Of a DNA stretch of 64,000 nucleotides, positions 10,601-24,907 are shown piece by piece. The notes beneath the pieces are model-generated. The model was not told the DNA's origin and searched no databases. It saw only the letters and a program-made list of their open reading frames with translations. Where the stretch lies: contig OY970399.1 in NCBI GenBank assembly GCA_963720545.1, positions 800,001-864,000 on the forward strand. The letters are read 5' to 3'. The stretch comes from an uncultured Acidobacteriota bacterium (GTDB lineage Bacteria > Acidobacteriota > Vicinamibacteria > Fen-336). Made by a program: the position numbers and the translations under genes. Numbering within the stretch: position 1 is the first letter of the stretch; every line of letters starts with the position of its first letter.

Positions 10601-13600
10601 ATCGAAGCGAACGCGGTGCTGGAAGGCAACCAGGTGCGGGTCGACAAGGCGACGGCGGTGCTCGGCGGCGGCAACATCAACGCTTCCGGCACCGTGGCTC
10701 TCGCAGGCCGCGGCTTCGGCACCGTGGACATGACGATCACCGGCAAGGAGATCGCCCTGCGCTATCCGGAAGGCCTGCGCAGCCGCATCCAGGCCGACCT
10801 CAAGCTCACCGGCACCCCGGGCCAGATGCTGCTCTCGGGCGACGTGCGCGCCTCGCGCGCCCTCTACGACCGCGACTTCCAGACGACCTCGTTCCTCGCC
10901 TCGGTGCCGGTCGAGGACTCGCCGGCGCTGCGCCGCATTGCCCTCAACATCAACGTCATTGCGCGCTCGCCGCTGCGCATCCGCAACGACACGGCGCGCC
11001 TCGAGGCCACCGGCCGGCTCAACATCCGCGGCGACCTGCAGTCGCCGAGCCCGTTCGGCCGCTTCGAGGTGGTGACGCCGGGCGGCGAATTGTACCTGCT
11101 CGGCGGCCGCTATACCGTGAACCGGGGCACAATCGTCTACAACGGCACCTTCGATCCGCTGCTCGACATCGAGATCCAGCGGCGCGTGCGCATCCGTCCC
11201 AGCGACACCAGCCAGCCCACCGGCGACTACACCGCGATCATTGCCGCCAACGGCACTGTCAACGACATCAGCCGCGAGGTGTTCCAGATGGCGCTCGGCG
11301 GCGGCTCGGCGGCCGCCGAACCGCAGACGCTGCGCTTCACGGCGGAGGGCCCGGGCGACGTCGACCCGGTCGACGTCGGCTACGTGGCGCTCACCGGCCG
11401 GCGGCGCAACGACATCCGCGGCGTCGGCATCGCCGGCGAGCAGACGCAGAACCTGCTGGCGGGGCGCCTGGCCCGCTCGATCACCAAGGGCCTGCCGTTC
11501 GAAAACGTCACCATCCAGCCCGAGCGCGTGTCGCGCGAGACCGACACCCCGGAAACCCGCTGGACCTTCGGCGCGGGGCTTGCCGCCGGCGTCGACCTGA
11601 CGTACGCGGTGAGCCTCGCGAACTCCGAAGACCGCCTGATCCAGCTCGACGGCCGCCCGTTCCGCAACTTCACCGCCACCGCCAAGCGCGAGTACGACAT
11701 CGACCGCAAGGAGACGATCGCGACCGGCGGCGTCGGCCAGCGCTTCGAGTTCGCGCGGCCGCCGGCGCGGCAGCGCCTGCGCGCCGACGGCACGCCGCAG
11801 CCGCGCACGCGGCAGCGCCGCCAGGAAAAGGTGGAGATCGCCGAAGTAAGGGTGACAGGCATCGACGATGCGGGTCTGCAGCAGGAGGCGCGCGGCGTCC
11901 TCAAGACCAAGGTCGGCAAGTCGGTCGACATCTGGACGGTGCAGGACGACGGCGACCGCATCCGCGAGCGCTTCCTCGACAAGGGCTACCTCGACGTCGA
12001 GGTGGGCGCCGACATCGAGGACACTGCCGCGGTCTTCAACGTCCGCCCCGGCCGGCCGTACGTGGCGCGCATCAGCGGCATGAACAAGCCGCCCGCCCTC
12101 ACGGCCGAAATGCACAAGGCGCTGTATGAGGAAGAGGCCCTCGACAAGGGCCGCGACCGCATCCTTGCCGACCTGTTCGAGCGCGGCTTCTTCCGCGCCA
12201 AGGTCAAGACCTCCGCGGTGGACGAAGGCGCGTCGCGGGTGCTGCTTTTCCAGGTCGAGCCGGGCCCCGCGCTGAAGCTCGGCAAGGTGACGTTCCCGGG
12301 TGCCACCGCTGTTTCCGAGAAATCGCTGCTGGCCGCGGCCGGCGGAGCCGGGAGGCTCATCAGCGACCCGGGCGAAGCGCGCACGGACATCCGCAAGGAG
12401 TACGCGGAGCATCACTATCTCGAAGCGCAGGTGGAGGCGCCGAAGGTCACGGAGTCGGGCGGCGTCATCGACATCGAGGTGAAGGTGCAGGAAGGTCAGC
12501 AGGCGACGGTCGCCGTCGTGATTTTCGAAGGCGCCTCGCGCCCGGAGTCGGAGCTCCTGGCGCTGTCCAAGCTGCGCGCCGGGGTGCCGTACGACGAGGT
12601 CGAGGCACTCGCTTCGGTGGACGCGATCCGCAACGACTACTACCGCAAGGGCTGGGCCGCGGCGCGCGTCTACGCGACCCACGAAGACCGCGCCGAGGGC
12701 ATCGTCTTCACCTACCACGTCACCGAGGGGAAGCGGCTCACCATCGGCCGCATCGAGATCGTCGGCCTCAACCGCGTCAACGAATCGTTCGTACGCAGCA
12801 ACATCAAGCTGCGCGCCGGCGAGCCGCTCGACCCGATCAAGGTCGGCGAGATGGAGCGGCGCCTGCTGCAGCTCACCGTGTTCTCGCGCGTCAGCTCGAC
12901 CCACACCGACGACGACCCGGCGACCATCACCGTGGACGTGCAGGAGCGCGCGCGCTACGCCGCGAGCTACGAGCTGCGCTACAACACCCCGGAGAAGCTG
13001 GCGCCGATCGTCGACGGCGAGGTGCGCAACCTGTTCGGCCGCGGCCTCAGCGTCGGTGCCCGCTACCGGCGCAGCAGCGTCATCGACCAGTGGCGCGGCT
13101 CGCTGTTCATACCGTCGTTCCTGTGGCGCGGTGACCTCTACACCTCCGTGTTTCGCGAGAAGGAGGTGAACTTCGGCTCCGCCGGCGTCGACTGCAACGT
13201 CGAGCCGACGCCGGACGTCTGCGGCGTTACGCAGCTGGAACGCGGCTTCCAGCTGCAGGAATCGGTGCAGCTCGGCCAGCGCAACACCATCCTGTTCGGC
13301 TACCGGATGGAGCGCGCGGTGATCACCTCGCCGGTGCTGATCGAGCCGAGCACGCAGAACACGGCGGCCCTCACGCTCTCGGGCATCCGCGACACCCGCG
13401 ACGACGTGCTCGACGCCCGCCACGGCAAGTTCACGTCACTCAACCTGACGCTGGCGCCGGCGCTGCTCGGCTCGGACCAGAACTTCATGAAGGGCCTGGC
13501 GCAGGTGTTCTGGAGCATTCCCGCCGGCCGGAAGGCAACCTGGGCGCAGGGTTACCGGCTGGGTCTCGCGCACGTCTTCAGCGCCGACAGCCTGATTTCG

Positions 13601-13969
13601 ACCCAGGGCTTCACCGCCGGCGGCGGCAACACCATCCGCGGGCTCGCGACCGATGCCCTGCAGGGCACGCCGGACAACCCGTTCATCGGCGCCCAGGGGC
13701 TGCTGGTCATCAACCAGGAGCTGCGGGTGCGCACCGATTCGGGTTTTGGGGCGGTTGTCTTTTACGATACCGGCCAGGTGTTCGAGCGGGTGCGGAAGAT
13801 CGACCTCGACCTGCGGCACTCGGTGGGCGTCGGGCTGCGCTATTCCTCGCCTTTCGGCCTGCTGCGCGTGGACGTGGCGACTCTGCTCAACCGCCGCCGC
13901 AATCCGCTCGACGGCGCCTTCATCGACAAGAAATTCCAGTTCTGGTTCAGCCTGGGGCAGGCCTTCTAG
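7664..13969 (+). CDS. TamB/AsmA-like protein fused to POTRA repeats and an Omp85 (TamA/BamA) barrel
   Basis: N-terminal TM helix, long Gly-rich beta-repeat region, DUF490-like segment (PEGLRSRIQADLKLTG..GTFDPLLDIE), POTRA-like repeats, AGGGNTIRG loop, C-terminal FQFWFSLGQAF. Confidence 0.85.
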   Translation: MPSRFWRITRRTFIGLVLVVLVVFVVAALGLFPEEPLRRVVESSLRRTFGPNTSVARVHVFPAGLRGEVEGLVVDTPAYRLEIPRLAAAIRPGTLFGGAVRLRYLRVQQPELRIKTPNPNAPKTAAADLPALVLADVQVDDGRLVVEMGARGTIESRGVRARGAVGEGILALELPQNTWTREKDQALELGRMAARLALDPMLVGKLEALDYAKGASQVAVKGALGRLTEPRPDLGFTGALNLGDFAALAATPGLRGDVALTGKAAGRLDALAVSVVATGRGVGVPDVAVDVDDARLEYAGTRATADINVRAFAGRIKANGSLDTAGGRTDGRATVAGIAFEALPKSAALPPELHGRLSGDLTWNGDRNGRVAVTSHLRTEAQYQQPLTANAELSGSVFPKEERLDLRFTTTAETQGTGALRSGVVQAEGTARGPWPPTIEGAAKIVVSAAIGGAAATEPLEAETTFRAAAAETSLKAKGTFLGGTFEAGGRLAKDRIEDATLSAVAIELHRIDPRAAGSASLKVAAAGKAAAPDVDASFATAGLAVNGIMLDTASVTLKGPLSGASWTAAVPALNLTGSGRFANGQGGSLNGTLTAEQTDLALFAPLVPRVSGLAGTLSATADLNVPLGEGAAQRAVVSARVTQLEARTASLGPAQAEPFGIRYGGGQVAVTGFHGTAPGLVATLDGTYGLDAGRAVAGRARLQVDLSKVSERLQNAAGNVDASFEFSGNETRPVVTGAINLAGIAVDQPGKPTVRVADGVIRIAGNAAVVDNLKAETDGGAVVVTGRVPVPALVRSWRADPLRVQGSEAADLTVSWNGFDAGALLARMRPTSEERLTAQLTGSLKLSGGLASPDEVEALLASQPAEIAVGETTGRLEGFEVKATRGLVSTAGIEIGTAGASFRVAGSATLQDRRLDLTGKGKVDLRVLSPLLASAALSGTATVDAAVKGTAAAPDARGSVTISGATARLRMMTQSFTGIEANAVLEGNQVRVDKATAVLGGGNINASGTVALAGRGFGTVDMTITGKEIALRYPEGLRSRIQADLKLTGTPGQMLLSGDVRASRALYDRDFQTTSFLASVPVEDSPALRRIALNINVIARSPLRIRNDTARLEATGRLNIRGDLQSPSPFGRFEVVTPGGELYLLGGRYTVNRGTIVYNGTFDPLLDIEIQRRVRIRPSDTSQPTGDYTAIIAANGTVNDISREVFQMALGGGSAAAEPQTLRFTAEGPGDVDPVDVGYVALTGRRRNDIRGVGIAGEQTQNLLAGRLARSITKGLPFENVTIQPERVSRETDTPETRWTFGAGLAAGVDLTYAVSLANSEDRLIQLDGRPFRNFTATAKREYDIDRKETIATGGVGQRFEFARPPARQRLRADGTPQPRTRQRRQEKVEIAEVRVTGIDDAGLQQEARGVLKTKVGKSVDIWTVQDDGDRIRERFLDKGYLDVEVGADIEDTAAVFNVRPGRPYVARISGMNKPPALTAEMHKALYEEEALDKGRDRILADLFERGFFRAKVKTSAVDEGASRVLLFQVEPGPALKLGKVTFPGATAVSEKSLLAAAGGAGRLISDPGEARTDIRKEYAEHHYLEAQVEAPKVTESGGVIDIEVKVQEGQQATVAVVIFEGASRPESELLALSKLRAGVPYDEVEALASVDAIRNDYYRKGWAAARVYATHEDRAEGIVFTYHVTEGKRLTIGRIEIVGLNRVNESFVRSNIKLRAGEPLDPIKVGEMERRLLQLTVFSRVSSTHTDDDPATITVDVQERARYAASYELRYNTPEKLAPIVDGEVRNLFGRGLSVGARYRRSSVIDQWRGSLFIPSFLWRGDLYTSVFREKEVNFGSAGVDCNVEPTPDVCGVTQLERGFQLQESVQLGQRNTILFGYRMERAVITSPVLIEPSTQNTAALTLSGIRDTRDDVLDARHGKFTSLNLTLAPALLGSDQNFMKGLAQVFWSIPAGRKATWAQGYRLGLAHVFSADSLISTQGFTAGGGNTIRGLATDALQGTPDNPFIGAQGLLVINQELRVRTDSGFGAVVFYDTGQVFERVRKIDLDLRHSVGVGLRYSSPFGLLRVDVATLLNRRRNPLDGAFIDKKFQFWFSLGQAF

Positions 13970-13974
13970 ATTCA

Positions 13975-15126
13975 ATGACGACAAACTTCGACGCGGTAGT
14001 CGTGGGTGCGGGTGTGTTCGGCGCGTGGACGGCGTACGAGCTGCAGCGCGCCGGTCGGAAAGTGGCGCTCGTGGACCAGTACGGGCCGTCCAGCGCCCGT
14101 TCCAGCTCGGGCGACGAGAGCCGCATCATCCGCATGGGCTACGGACCCGACGAGGTGTACACGCGCTTCTCGATGCGCTCGCTCGAGATGTGGAAGGGGC
14201 TGTTCAAGGCCGGCGGCCACCAGCTGTTCCACGAAACCGGCGTCTTGTGGATGGGCCGCAACCACGACATCCGCTTCGACGCCTCGGTCGAGACGCTCGC
14301 GAGGGTGGGCGTGCCGCATGAGCTCATCGAGCGTGCCGAACTCGAGCGGCGCTACCCGCAGATCGAGCTCGGCGACATCGTCGCGGCGGTGCTCGAGCCG
14401 CAGAGCGGCGCCCTCATGGCGCGGCGCGCGGTGGCGGCGGTGGCGCAGGCCTTCGTCGCCGCGGGCGGCACGCTGCTGAACGAAGCGGCGGCGCCGCCGC
14501 CCGAGAAGGGCCGGCTCGACGCGCTTTCGCTGCGCTCCGGCGGCCGCCTCAGTGCCGGCACGTTCATGTTCGCCTGCGGCTCGTGGCTGCCAAAGGTGCT
14601 ACCCGAGGCGATGTCGAGCCGCATCTTCCCGACGCGCCAGGAGGTCTTCTACCTCGGCCCGCCGCCTGGCGACGCGCGCTTCGCGCCGCCACGGATGCCG
14701 ACGTGGCTCGACCAGGGATCGCTGTTCTACGGCATCCCCGACCTCGAGACCCGCGGCTTCAAGGTGGCGTCGGACCTGCACGGCATCCGCGTCGACCCCG
14801 ACACCCAGGAGCGGGTCGCGTCGCAGGACGGGATCGCGCGCATGCGGGCGTTCGTCGCCGAGCGCTTCCCCGCTCTCGCCTCGGCGCCGGTGGTCGAGAG
14901 CCGCGTGTGCCAGTACGAGAACAGCTGGAACGGCGACTTCGTGATCGACCGCCACCCGGCGAGCGACAACGTCTTTATCGCCGGCGGCGGCTCCGGCCAC
15001 GGCTTCAAGCACGGGCCCGCGGTTGGCGAATACGCGGCGACGTTGATGCTCGGCACGCTGGCGCGTGCCGAGCCGCGCTTTGCCTGGTCGGCGACCCGTA
15101 CCGAGCAGCTGCGCGCCGTCTACTGA
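13975..15126 (+). CDS. FAD-dependent oxidoreductase, monomeric sarcosine oxidase/SolA-like
   Basis: VVGAGVFG, SSGDESRIIR, CQYEN, SGHGFKHGP. Confidence 0.85.
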   Translation: MTTNFDAVVVGAGVFGAWTAYELQRAGRKVALVDQYGPSSARSSSGDESRIIRMGYGPDEVYTRFSMRSLEMWKGLFKAGGHQLFHETGVLWMGRNHDIRFDASVETLARVGVPHELIERAELERRYPQIELGDIVAAVLEPQSGALMARRAVAAVAQAFVAAGGTLLNEAAAPPPEKGRLDALSLRSGGRLSAGTFMFACGSWLPKVLPEAMSSRIFPTRQEVFYLGPPPGDARFAPPRMPTWLDQGSLFYGIPDLETRGFKVASDLHGIRVDPDTQERVASQDGIARMRAFVAERFPALASAPVVESRVCQYENSWNGDFVIDRHPASDNVFIAGGGSGHGFKHGPAVGEYAATLMLGTLARAEPRFAWSATRTEQLRAVY

Positions 15127-15140
15127 AGCGCTGACGGCGC

Positions 15141-15686
15141 CTAGTGCAGGGTCGAGAGGATCGCGCGCAACGTGGTCGCTTCGGGAGCGGTCGGGGCGAG
15201 CGTCAGGAACTTCTGGTAATCGGCGGCCATGTTCGCGGGCTGCTTCTTGCCGTCGTAGGCCTGGCCGCGCCAGAAGAAGGCGTAGGCCTGGTCGCCTTTT
15301 GCGGTGATCGCCGCGGTCATGGCGGTGATGGCGTCGTCGTACTTCTTCAGGCCGACGAGCGCATTGCCCAGCGACGCCACCGCCACCGGGTGCGTCGGCG
15401 CCGCGGTGACGGCAGCGCGCGCCGGAGCCTCGGCTTCGGCGTACTTCTTCTGCTTGACCAGGCTGCCGGCGAGGTAGGCGCTCGCCTCGGTGCCCTTGGC
15501 CGTGCGCAGCGTCGCTTCGGCGCCGGCGAAGTTGCCGGCCTTGAACTGCGCGATGCCGGCCGCGACCGGGTCGGCGGCGGGTGCCTGGGCGAGCGGCGCG
15601 GACGACGCGCCGGCACAGGTGAGGAACACGCCCGAGGCGGCGACCAGCGCGGCGGCAAGGGCTGAGCTGCGGATGATTGCGTTCAT
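15141..15686 (-). CDS. Secreted tetratricopeptide repeat protein
   Basis: Signal-like N terminus after GGAGGAG RBS; helical repeats ending YQKFLTLAPTAPEA. Confidence 0.75.
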   Translation of the reverse strand: MNAIIRSSALAAALVAASGVFLTCAGASSAPLAQAPAADPVAAGIAQFKAGNFAGAEATLRTAKGTEASAYLAGSLVKQKKYAEAEAPARAAVTAAPTHPVAVASLGNALVGLKKYDDAITAMTAAITAKGDQAYAFFWRGQAYDGKKQPANMAADYQKFLTLAPTAPEATTLRAILSTLH

Positions 15687-15901
15687 TTTCTCTCCTCCAG
15701 CAACACGATATGACGGACGTTCGACCACGGCACCATGATGCGGCTCGTGACTTCCTGCACGTCACCGCCCTCGGTGACGATGCGCCGTACTTCGAAAACG
15801 ATGCCGATCGGGTCCGACTCCAGCACGGTGGGGCTGGTGAAGAGCGCATCGCGGGTGGCGATTTCCTTCACCGTCGTGCCCGCCGCCAGTCCGGCCGCCA
15901 T
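15683..15901 (-). CDS. Small hypothetical protein (72 aa)
   Basis: GGGAGG RBS before ATG; stop overlaps TPR start (ATGA). Confidence 0.6.
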   Translation of the reverse strand: MAAGLAAGTTVKEIATRDALFTSPTVLESDPIGIVFEVRRIVTEGGDVQEVTSRIMVPWSNVRHIVLLEERK

Positions 15902-15915
15902 CAGGACCTCCCATT

Positions 15916-15961
15916 ATCGACGGATTGGCGGTCGTTCGCGTCCAATCCGTCGATTTCCGTT
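15916..15961. repeat. Dispersed palindromic (REP-like) element, copy 1
   Basis: ATCGACGGATTGG-13 nt loop-CCAATCCGTCGAT-TTCCGTT; 44/46 identical to 24862-24907. Confidence 0.8.
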
Positions 15962-16024
15962 AGTCAGTTCCCCAGGCGCTTGCGTCATGGCTTTAGTGCG
16001 TTCCCCAAGCGCTTGCGTCATGGC

Positions 16025-16026
<2 letters not shown>
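15961..16026. repeat. 33-bp imperfect tandem duplication at the ino1 3' end
   Basis: tagtcagttccccaggcgcttgcgtcatggctt / tagtgcgttccccaagcgcttgcgtcatggcct. Confidence 0.8.
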
Positions 16027-17350
<1,324 letters not shown>

Positions 17351-17435
17351 TCTCTCTTTCGAACGAAGTGCGTTGGTTTCCGGCAGAGTGGAAACCAGGA
17401 TCGTACCACGCAGCCGCGGGCCGGCCGCGGCGCCG

Positions 17436-17660
17436 CTATTGGCTCAGGCGGCCGTTCGCGTTGAGGAAATCGAGCGCGGCGGTGGTGATCTCGGCGTCGT
17501 GGCGCGGCCCGACGAAACGGCGTTCGCCCAGGTGGTAATGCAGGATGCCGGAGCGCGACAGCCGTGTTTCAGTCTCGAACGAGTAGAAGAGCAGCACCCT
17601 GGTGGTGATCGAATGTCCGTTGTCGTCGAAGAAATCGAACTTGAGGTTGCGTATGGACAC
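17436..17660 (-). CDS. Small hypothetical protein (74 aa)
   Basis: Protein-like composition, GC-ending codons, candidate promoter just upstream. Confidence 0.55.
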   Translation of the reverse strand: MSIRNLKFDFFDDNGHSITTRVLLFYSFETETRLSRSGILHYHLGERRFVGPRHDAEITTAALDFLNANGRLSQ

Positions 17661-17692
17661 TTTTTATCGGGGGCCGTGGTTGGTGAGCAGTG

Positions 17693-17722
17693 ACTCTAGG
17701 AATCCGTTTTGGATGCTGTCAA
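17693..17722 (-). promoter_or_regulatory. Candidate sigma70 promoter for the 74-aa ORF
   Basis: Minus strand TTGACA-18 nt-TAGAGT in an AT-rich intergenic region. Confidence 0.4.
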
Positions 17723-17835
17723 GGGTGCGCGCGCCCTTGATGGCGGCTGTTGAAATAATTCGATTTGGATGGCGCCCTAGCCAATCGCGGTCATTGCAAC
17801 AGCAAAAAAAATGCCTTGACAACCACGTGACATCC

Positions 17836-18131
17836 TCAATTGATTTGCTTGACGACGCTGACCGCGAGATGCACGATGGTCGCGCCCCATCCGCCGCTCG
17901 CAGGCGAAGCGTCGCCGAAGGAAACGACGTGCGGCAGCGAGCGCAGCACCCGCGCCACCACGGCGCGCTGCGTGCCGGTGCCGCGGCCATGCACCAGGCG
18001 CAGCGTCTTGATGCCGCGCGCGGCGCAGGCGGCGACGTACTCCTCGACCACCGAAGGGATGTCGCGCGGCGCGAACGCGTGCAGGTCGAGCTCGCCGGTC
18101 AGCGGGATTTCGACTGGCGGTTCGTCGCCGC

Positions 18132-18135
<4 letters not shown>
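17836..18135 (-). CDS. Stand-alone Smr (small MutS-related) domain protein
   Basis: [28 protein letters not shown] start overlaps metH stop. Confidence 0.88.
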
Positions 18136-21857
<3,722 letters not shown>

Positions 21858-22283
21858 TTACTGCAGTTTACCGCGCAGCCTGTCCAGGGCGTTCAGGCTC
21901 GTGAGCAGGGCCCCGAGCGCCGGCGTGCCCATTTCCCTGCGCAGCACCTCCTGCGCGCGACGCCAGCAGTCATCGCCGGCGCGCCGCGCCTTCTGGCCCG
22001 CGGCGGTGATCTGCCAGTAGCGTTTGCGCCGGTCGGTTCCTGCGACTGTTCTGACCCAGCCGCGCCGCTGCAGCCGGCGCAGGCCGCCGCCAATCAGCGC
22101 GCTGCTCAACCCCAGGGCGCGAACCAGGCCCTTGGCGCGGGCGCGATCGCCGAGCGAGAGAACGGACAGCAACGTATAAGTCACCCAGTCGAGCGACACT
22201 TTCTGTAGCTCGGCGTCGTAGCGGCGCGCGAGCCTGCGGGCGGCGGTGTCCAGGAGAATTGGCGCCGTCTTCGGGAGGTTCAC
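21858..22283 (-). CDS. MarR family transcriptional regulator
   Basis: AARRLARRYD start; winged-helix wing DRRKRYWQITAAG. Confidence 0.8.
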   Translation of the reverse strand: MNLPKTAPILLDTAARRLARRYDAELQKVSLDWVTYTLLSVLSLGDRARAKGLVRALGLSSALIGGGLRRLQRRGWVRTVAGTDRRKRYWQITAAGQKARRAGDDCWRRAQEVLRREMGTPALGALLTSLNALDRLRGKLQ

Positions 22284-22360
22284 GCGGTGTTCAAAGAGGA
22301 TACCCGGTCGCGAGCGGGCTTTTTAAGGAACCGCGGGCGTTTGGTATTCGTCGTAACGGC

Positions 22361-24859
22361 ATGCTCAACGACCTGAAGTTCGGCGCGCGGATGCTCCTGC
22401 GGCGTCCCGCGTTCACGGCGGTTGCGGTCTTGTCCCTGGCTCTTGGGATCGGCCTCAGCACCACGATGTTCAGCGTCGTCAACGCCGTGATGTTCGCCCC
22501 AACCGCGGCGCACGAACCCGAGCGTCTGGTCGAGATCTACACGAGCCCGCACGCGGAGGTGCCCTACCTCGCCACCTCCTGGCCCGACTACCTCGACATC
22601 GCCGCGCAGACGAACGCCTTCTCCGGGACCGCCGCATACGCGATGGTGCGCGGCCTCTACCGCGGCGGCGCCGAGCGCGCGCAGATCGTCCGCGGCGAAG
22701 TGGTGAGCGACACCTACTTCGACGTCCTCGGCGTCCGCCCGGTGCTCGGACGCGGCTTCACTCCCGAGGAGAACCGCACCGAGCTGACCCACCCCGTGGT
22801 GGTGTTGAGCAACGGCTTCTGGAAGCGACGGCTCGGCAGCGATCCCGCGGTCGTCGGCAGACTCATCGAACTGAGCGGCGTGAAGTACACGGTTGTCGGC
22901 GTGGCGCCCGCCTCCTTCAAGGGCATGATTCCCGGCTACCTGCCCGAGTTCTGGGCGCCTTTGATGATGATAGAAAAACTGTCGTTCAACGGCATCCAGG
23001 CGCAGGCTTCGGCGGCGCCGGGCGTGACGCGGCTGCAGCAGCGCGGCACGCGCTGGCTGCTCGTCGCCGCGCGGCTCGCCGCCGGCCGCACCATCGAGGA
23101 AGCGCGCGCGCAGGTCAAGACGGTCGGCGCCCGGCTGGTCGCCGACCATCCCGAGGAAAACAAGAACCTGACGGTGGCGGTGCTGCCGGCGGCGGCAGTG
23201 CGCTTTCATCCGATGATCGACGGTTACCTGCCGCCGGTGGCCGCGGTGCTGATGGGAGCGGTGGGCCTGGTGCTGCTCATCGCCTGCGCGAACGTGGCGA
23301 GCATGCTGCTGGCGCGCGCCACCGGCCGCCGCCGTGAAATGGCGCTGCGGCTTGCGATCGGCGCGCCGCGCGGACGCCTGGTGCGCCAGTTGCTGGCGGA
23401 GAGCGCCTGCCTCGCGGTGCTCTCGGGCGCGTGCGGATTGGCGCTCGCCTTTGCCGGCGGCCGGCTGCTCTCGAACCTGGACCTGCCGCTGCCCCTGACG
23501 ATGACCTTCGACTTCGGCCTCGACGTGCGCGTGCTGGCGTTCGCGGTGCTCGCTTCGGTCTGCACCGCCTTCCTCTTCGGCCTGGTGCCGGCGCTCCAGA
23601 CCTCGAAGCCGGCGCTGGTGCCGGCGCTGCGCGCCGACGGCGGCGGCACCGTCGGCGCCGGGCTCGCTCGCGGCCCTTTCGGGCTGCGCTTCTCGCTGCG
23701 CCATGCGCTCGTCACCGGGCAGCTGGCACTGTCGCTGGTGCTGCTGGTCGCGGGCGCGCTCCTGATCCGCGCGCTCACCGCGGCCGACGGACTGAAACCG
23801 GGTTTCGATGCCGACCGCATCGCCGTGTTTTCCTGGAACCTGGGAATGAACGGCTACGACGTCGCGCAGGCGCGCACCTTCCAGGACCGGGTGGCGGCGC
23901 GGCTGCGCGAAACGCCCGGCGTCGAGACGGTGGCGCTCGTGAGCCGGCCGCCGCTCGCCGCGGACCAGAACATGGAAGCGATCCGGCTGCCGGGCCAGCA
24001 GGGCCCCGCGGACGAGCCGATCCTGGTGGACGCGGCCGCCGTCGACAGCGGCTACTTCGCGGCGCTCGACGTTCCAATCCTCGAGGGACGCGCGTTCACC
24101 GATGCCGACACCGAGGGCGCTCCTGATGTCGTGATCGTGAATGAGACCGCGGCGAAGCGCTTCTGGCCGGGCCGCAGTGCGCTCGGCGAGCGCATCTACA
24201 CCGACGGTTTCGACAAGCCTTCGCACGAAGTGGTGGGTGTGGTGCGCGACTACAACGTTCGCGAGCTGGGCGAGAAGGGGCGGCCCTACCTGCACACACC
24301 TTGGCGCCAGCAGAAGAGCCGCTTGACGACAGTGATGGTGCGGACCGCCGGACCTGCCGTCGCGAACCTCGGCTCCCTGCGCAGCGCCATCCTCGCCATG
24401 GAGCCGGCGATAGCGTTCACCGACGAGGGCACCGAGGCCGACATCCTCAAGCTGACCCTCGGCCCGACCCGGGTGGCCGCCGTGATGCTGGGAGCATTCG
24501 GCGCGCTCGCGCTGCTGCTCGCCGCCATCGGCCTCTACGGCGTCGTCGCCTACACGGTGGAACAGCGCACTCGCGAGCTTGGCCTGCGGCTCGCCCTCGG
24601 CGCGAGCGTCCGCGACGTCATCCGCCTCGTGCTCGGTCAGGGCATGCGGCTTGCCTTGACCGGCATCGTGCTCGGCGCGGCCGGTGCCGCAGCTCTCGCG
24701 CGCATTCTCGGCTCGCTCCTCTACGGCGTCAGCGCGATCGATCCGCTGGCCTACATCGGTGCCGCGCTGCTGCTGGTGGCGGTGGCCCTGCTCGCCCACT
24801 GGGCCCCGGCCCGCCGCGCCACCCGCGTCAACCCGATGACGGCGTTGCGCAGCGAATAG
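22361..24859 (+). CDS. Duplicated MacB/FtsX-type ABC permease (ADOP-like)
   Basis: MLNDLKFGARML..LALGIG, LLIACANVA, GLYGVVAY, RATRVNPMTALRSE. Confidence 0.9.
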   Translation: MLNDLKFGARMLLRRPAFTAVAVLSLALGIGLSTTMFSVVNAVMFAPTAAHEPERLVEIYTSPHAEVPYLATSWPDYLDIAAQTNAFSGTAAYAMVRGLYRGGAERAQIVRGEVVSDTYFDVLGVRPVLGRGFTPEENRTELTHPVVVLSNGFWKRRLGSDPAVVGRLIELSGVKYTVVGVAPASFKGMIPGYLPEFWAPLMMIEKLSFNGIQAQASAAPGVTRLQQRGTRWLLVAARLAAGRTIEEARAQVKTVGARLVADHPEENKNLTVAVLPAAAVRFHPMIDGYLPPVAAVLMGAVGLVLLIACANVASMLLARATGRRREMALRLAIGAPRGRLVRQLLAESACLAVLSGACGLALAFAGGRLLSNLDLPLPLTMTFDFGLDVRVLAFAVLASVCTAFLFGLVPALQTSKPALVPALRADGGGTVGAGLARGPFGLRFSLRHALVTGQLALSLVLLVAGALLIRALTAADGLKPGFDADRIAVFSWNLGMNGYDVAQARTFQDRVAARLRETPGVETVALVSRPPLAADQNMEAIRLPGQQGPADEPILVDAAAVDSGYFAALDVPILEGRAFTDADTEGAPDVVIVNETAAKRFWPGRSALGERIYTDGFDKPSHEVVGVVRDYNVRELGEKGRPYLHTPWRQQKSRLTTVMVRTAGPAVANLGSLRSAILAMEPAIAFTDEGTEADILKLTLGPTRVAAVMLGAFGALALLLAAIGLYGVVAYTVEQRTRELGLRLALGASVRDVIRLVLGQGMRLALTGIVLGAAGAAALARILGSLLYGVSAIDPLAYIGAALLLVAVALLAHWAPARRATRVNPMTALRSE

Positions 24860-24861
24860 TC

Positions 24862-24907
24862 ATCGACGGATTGGCTGTCGTTCCCGTCCAATCCGTCGAT
24901 TTCCGTT
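24862..24907. repeat. Dispersed palindromic (REP-like) element, copy 2
   Basis: Same 13-bp stem and TTCCGTT tail as 15916-15961; starts 2 nt after the permease stop. Confidence 0.8.

Noticed and set aside
6884..13423. Very long alternative-frame and antisense ORFs (934, 1126, 1073 aa and similar ones elsewhere)
   Set aside because: Shadows of high-GC coding genes with Arg/Ala/Gly/Pro-rich text and no motifs
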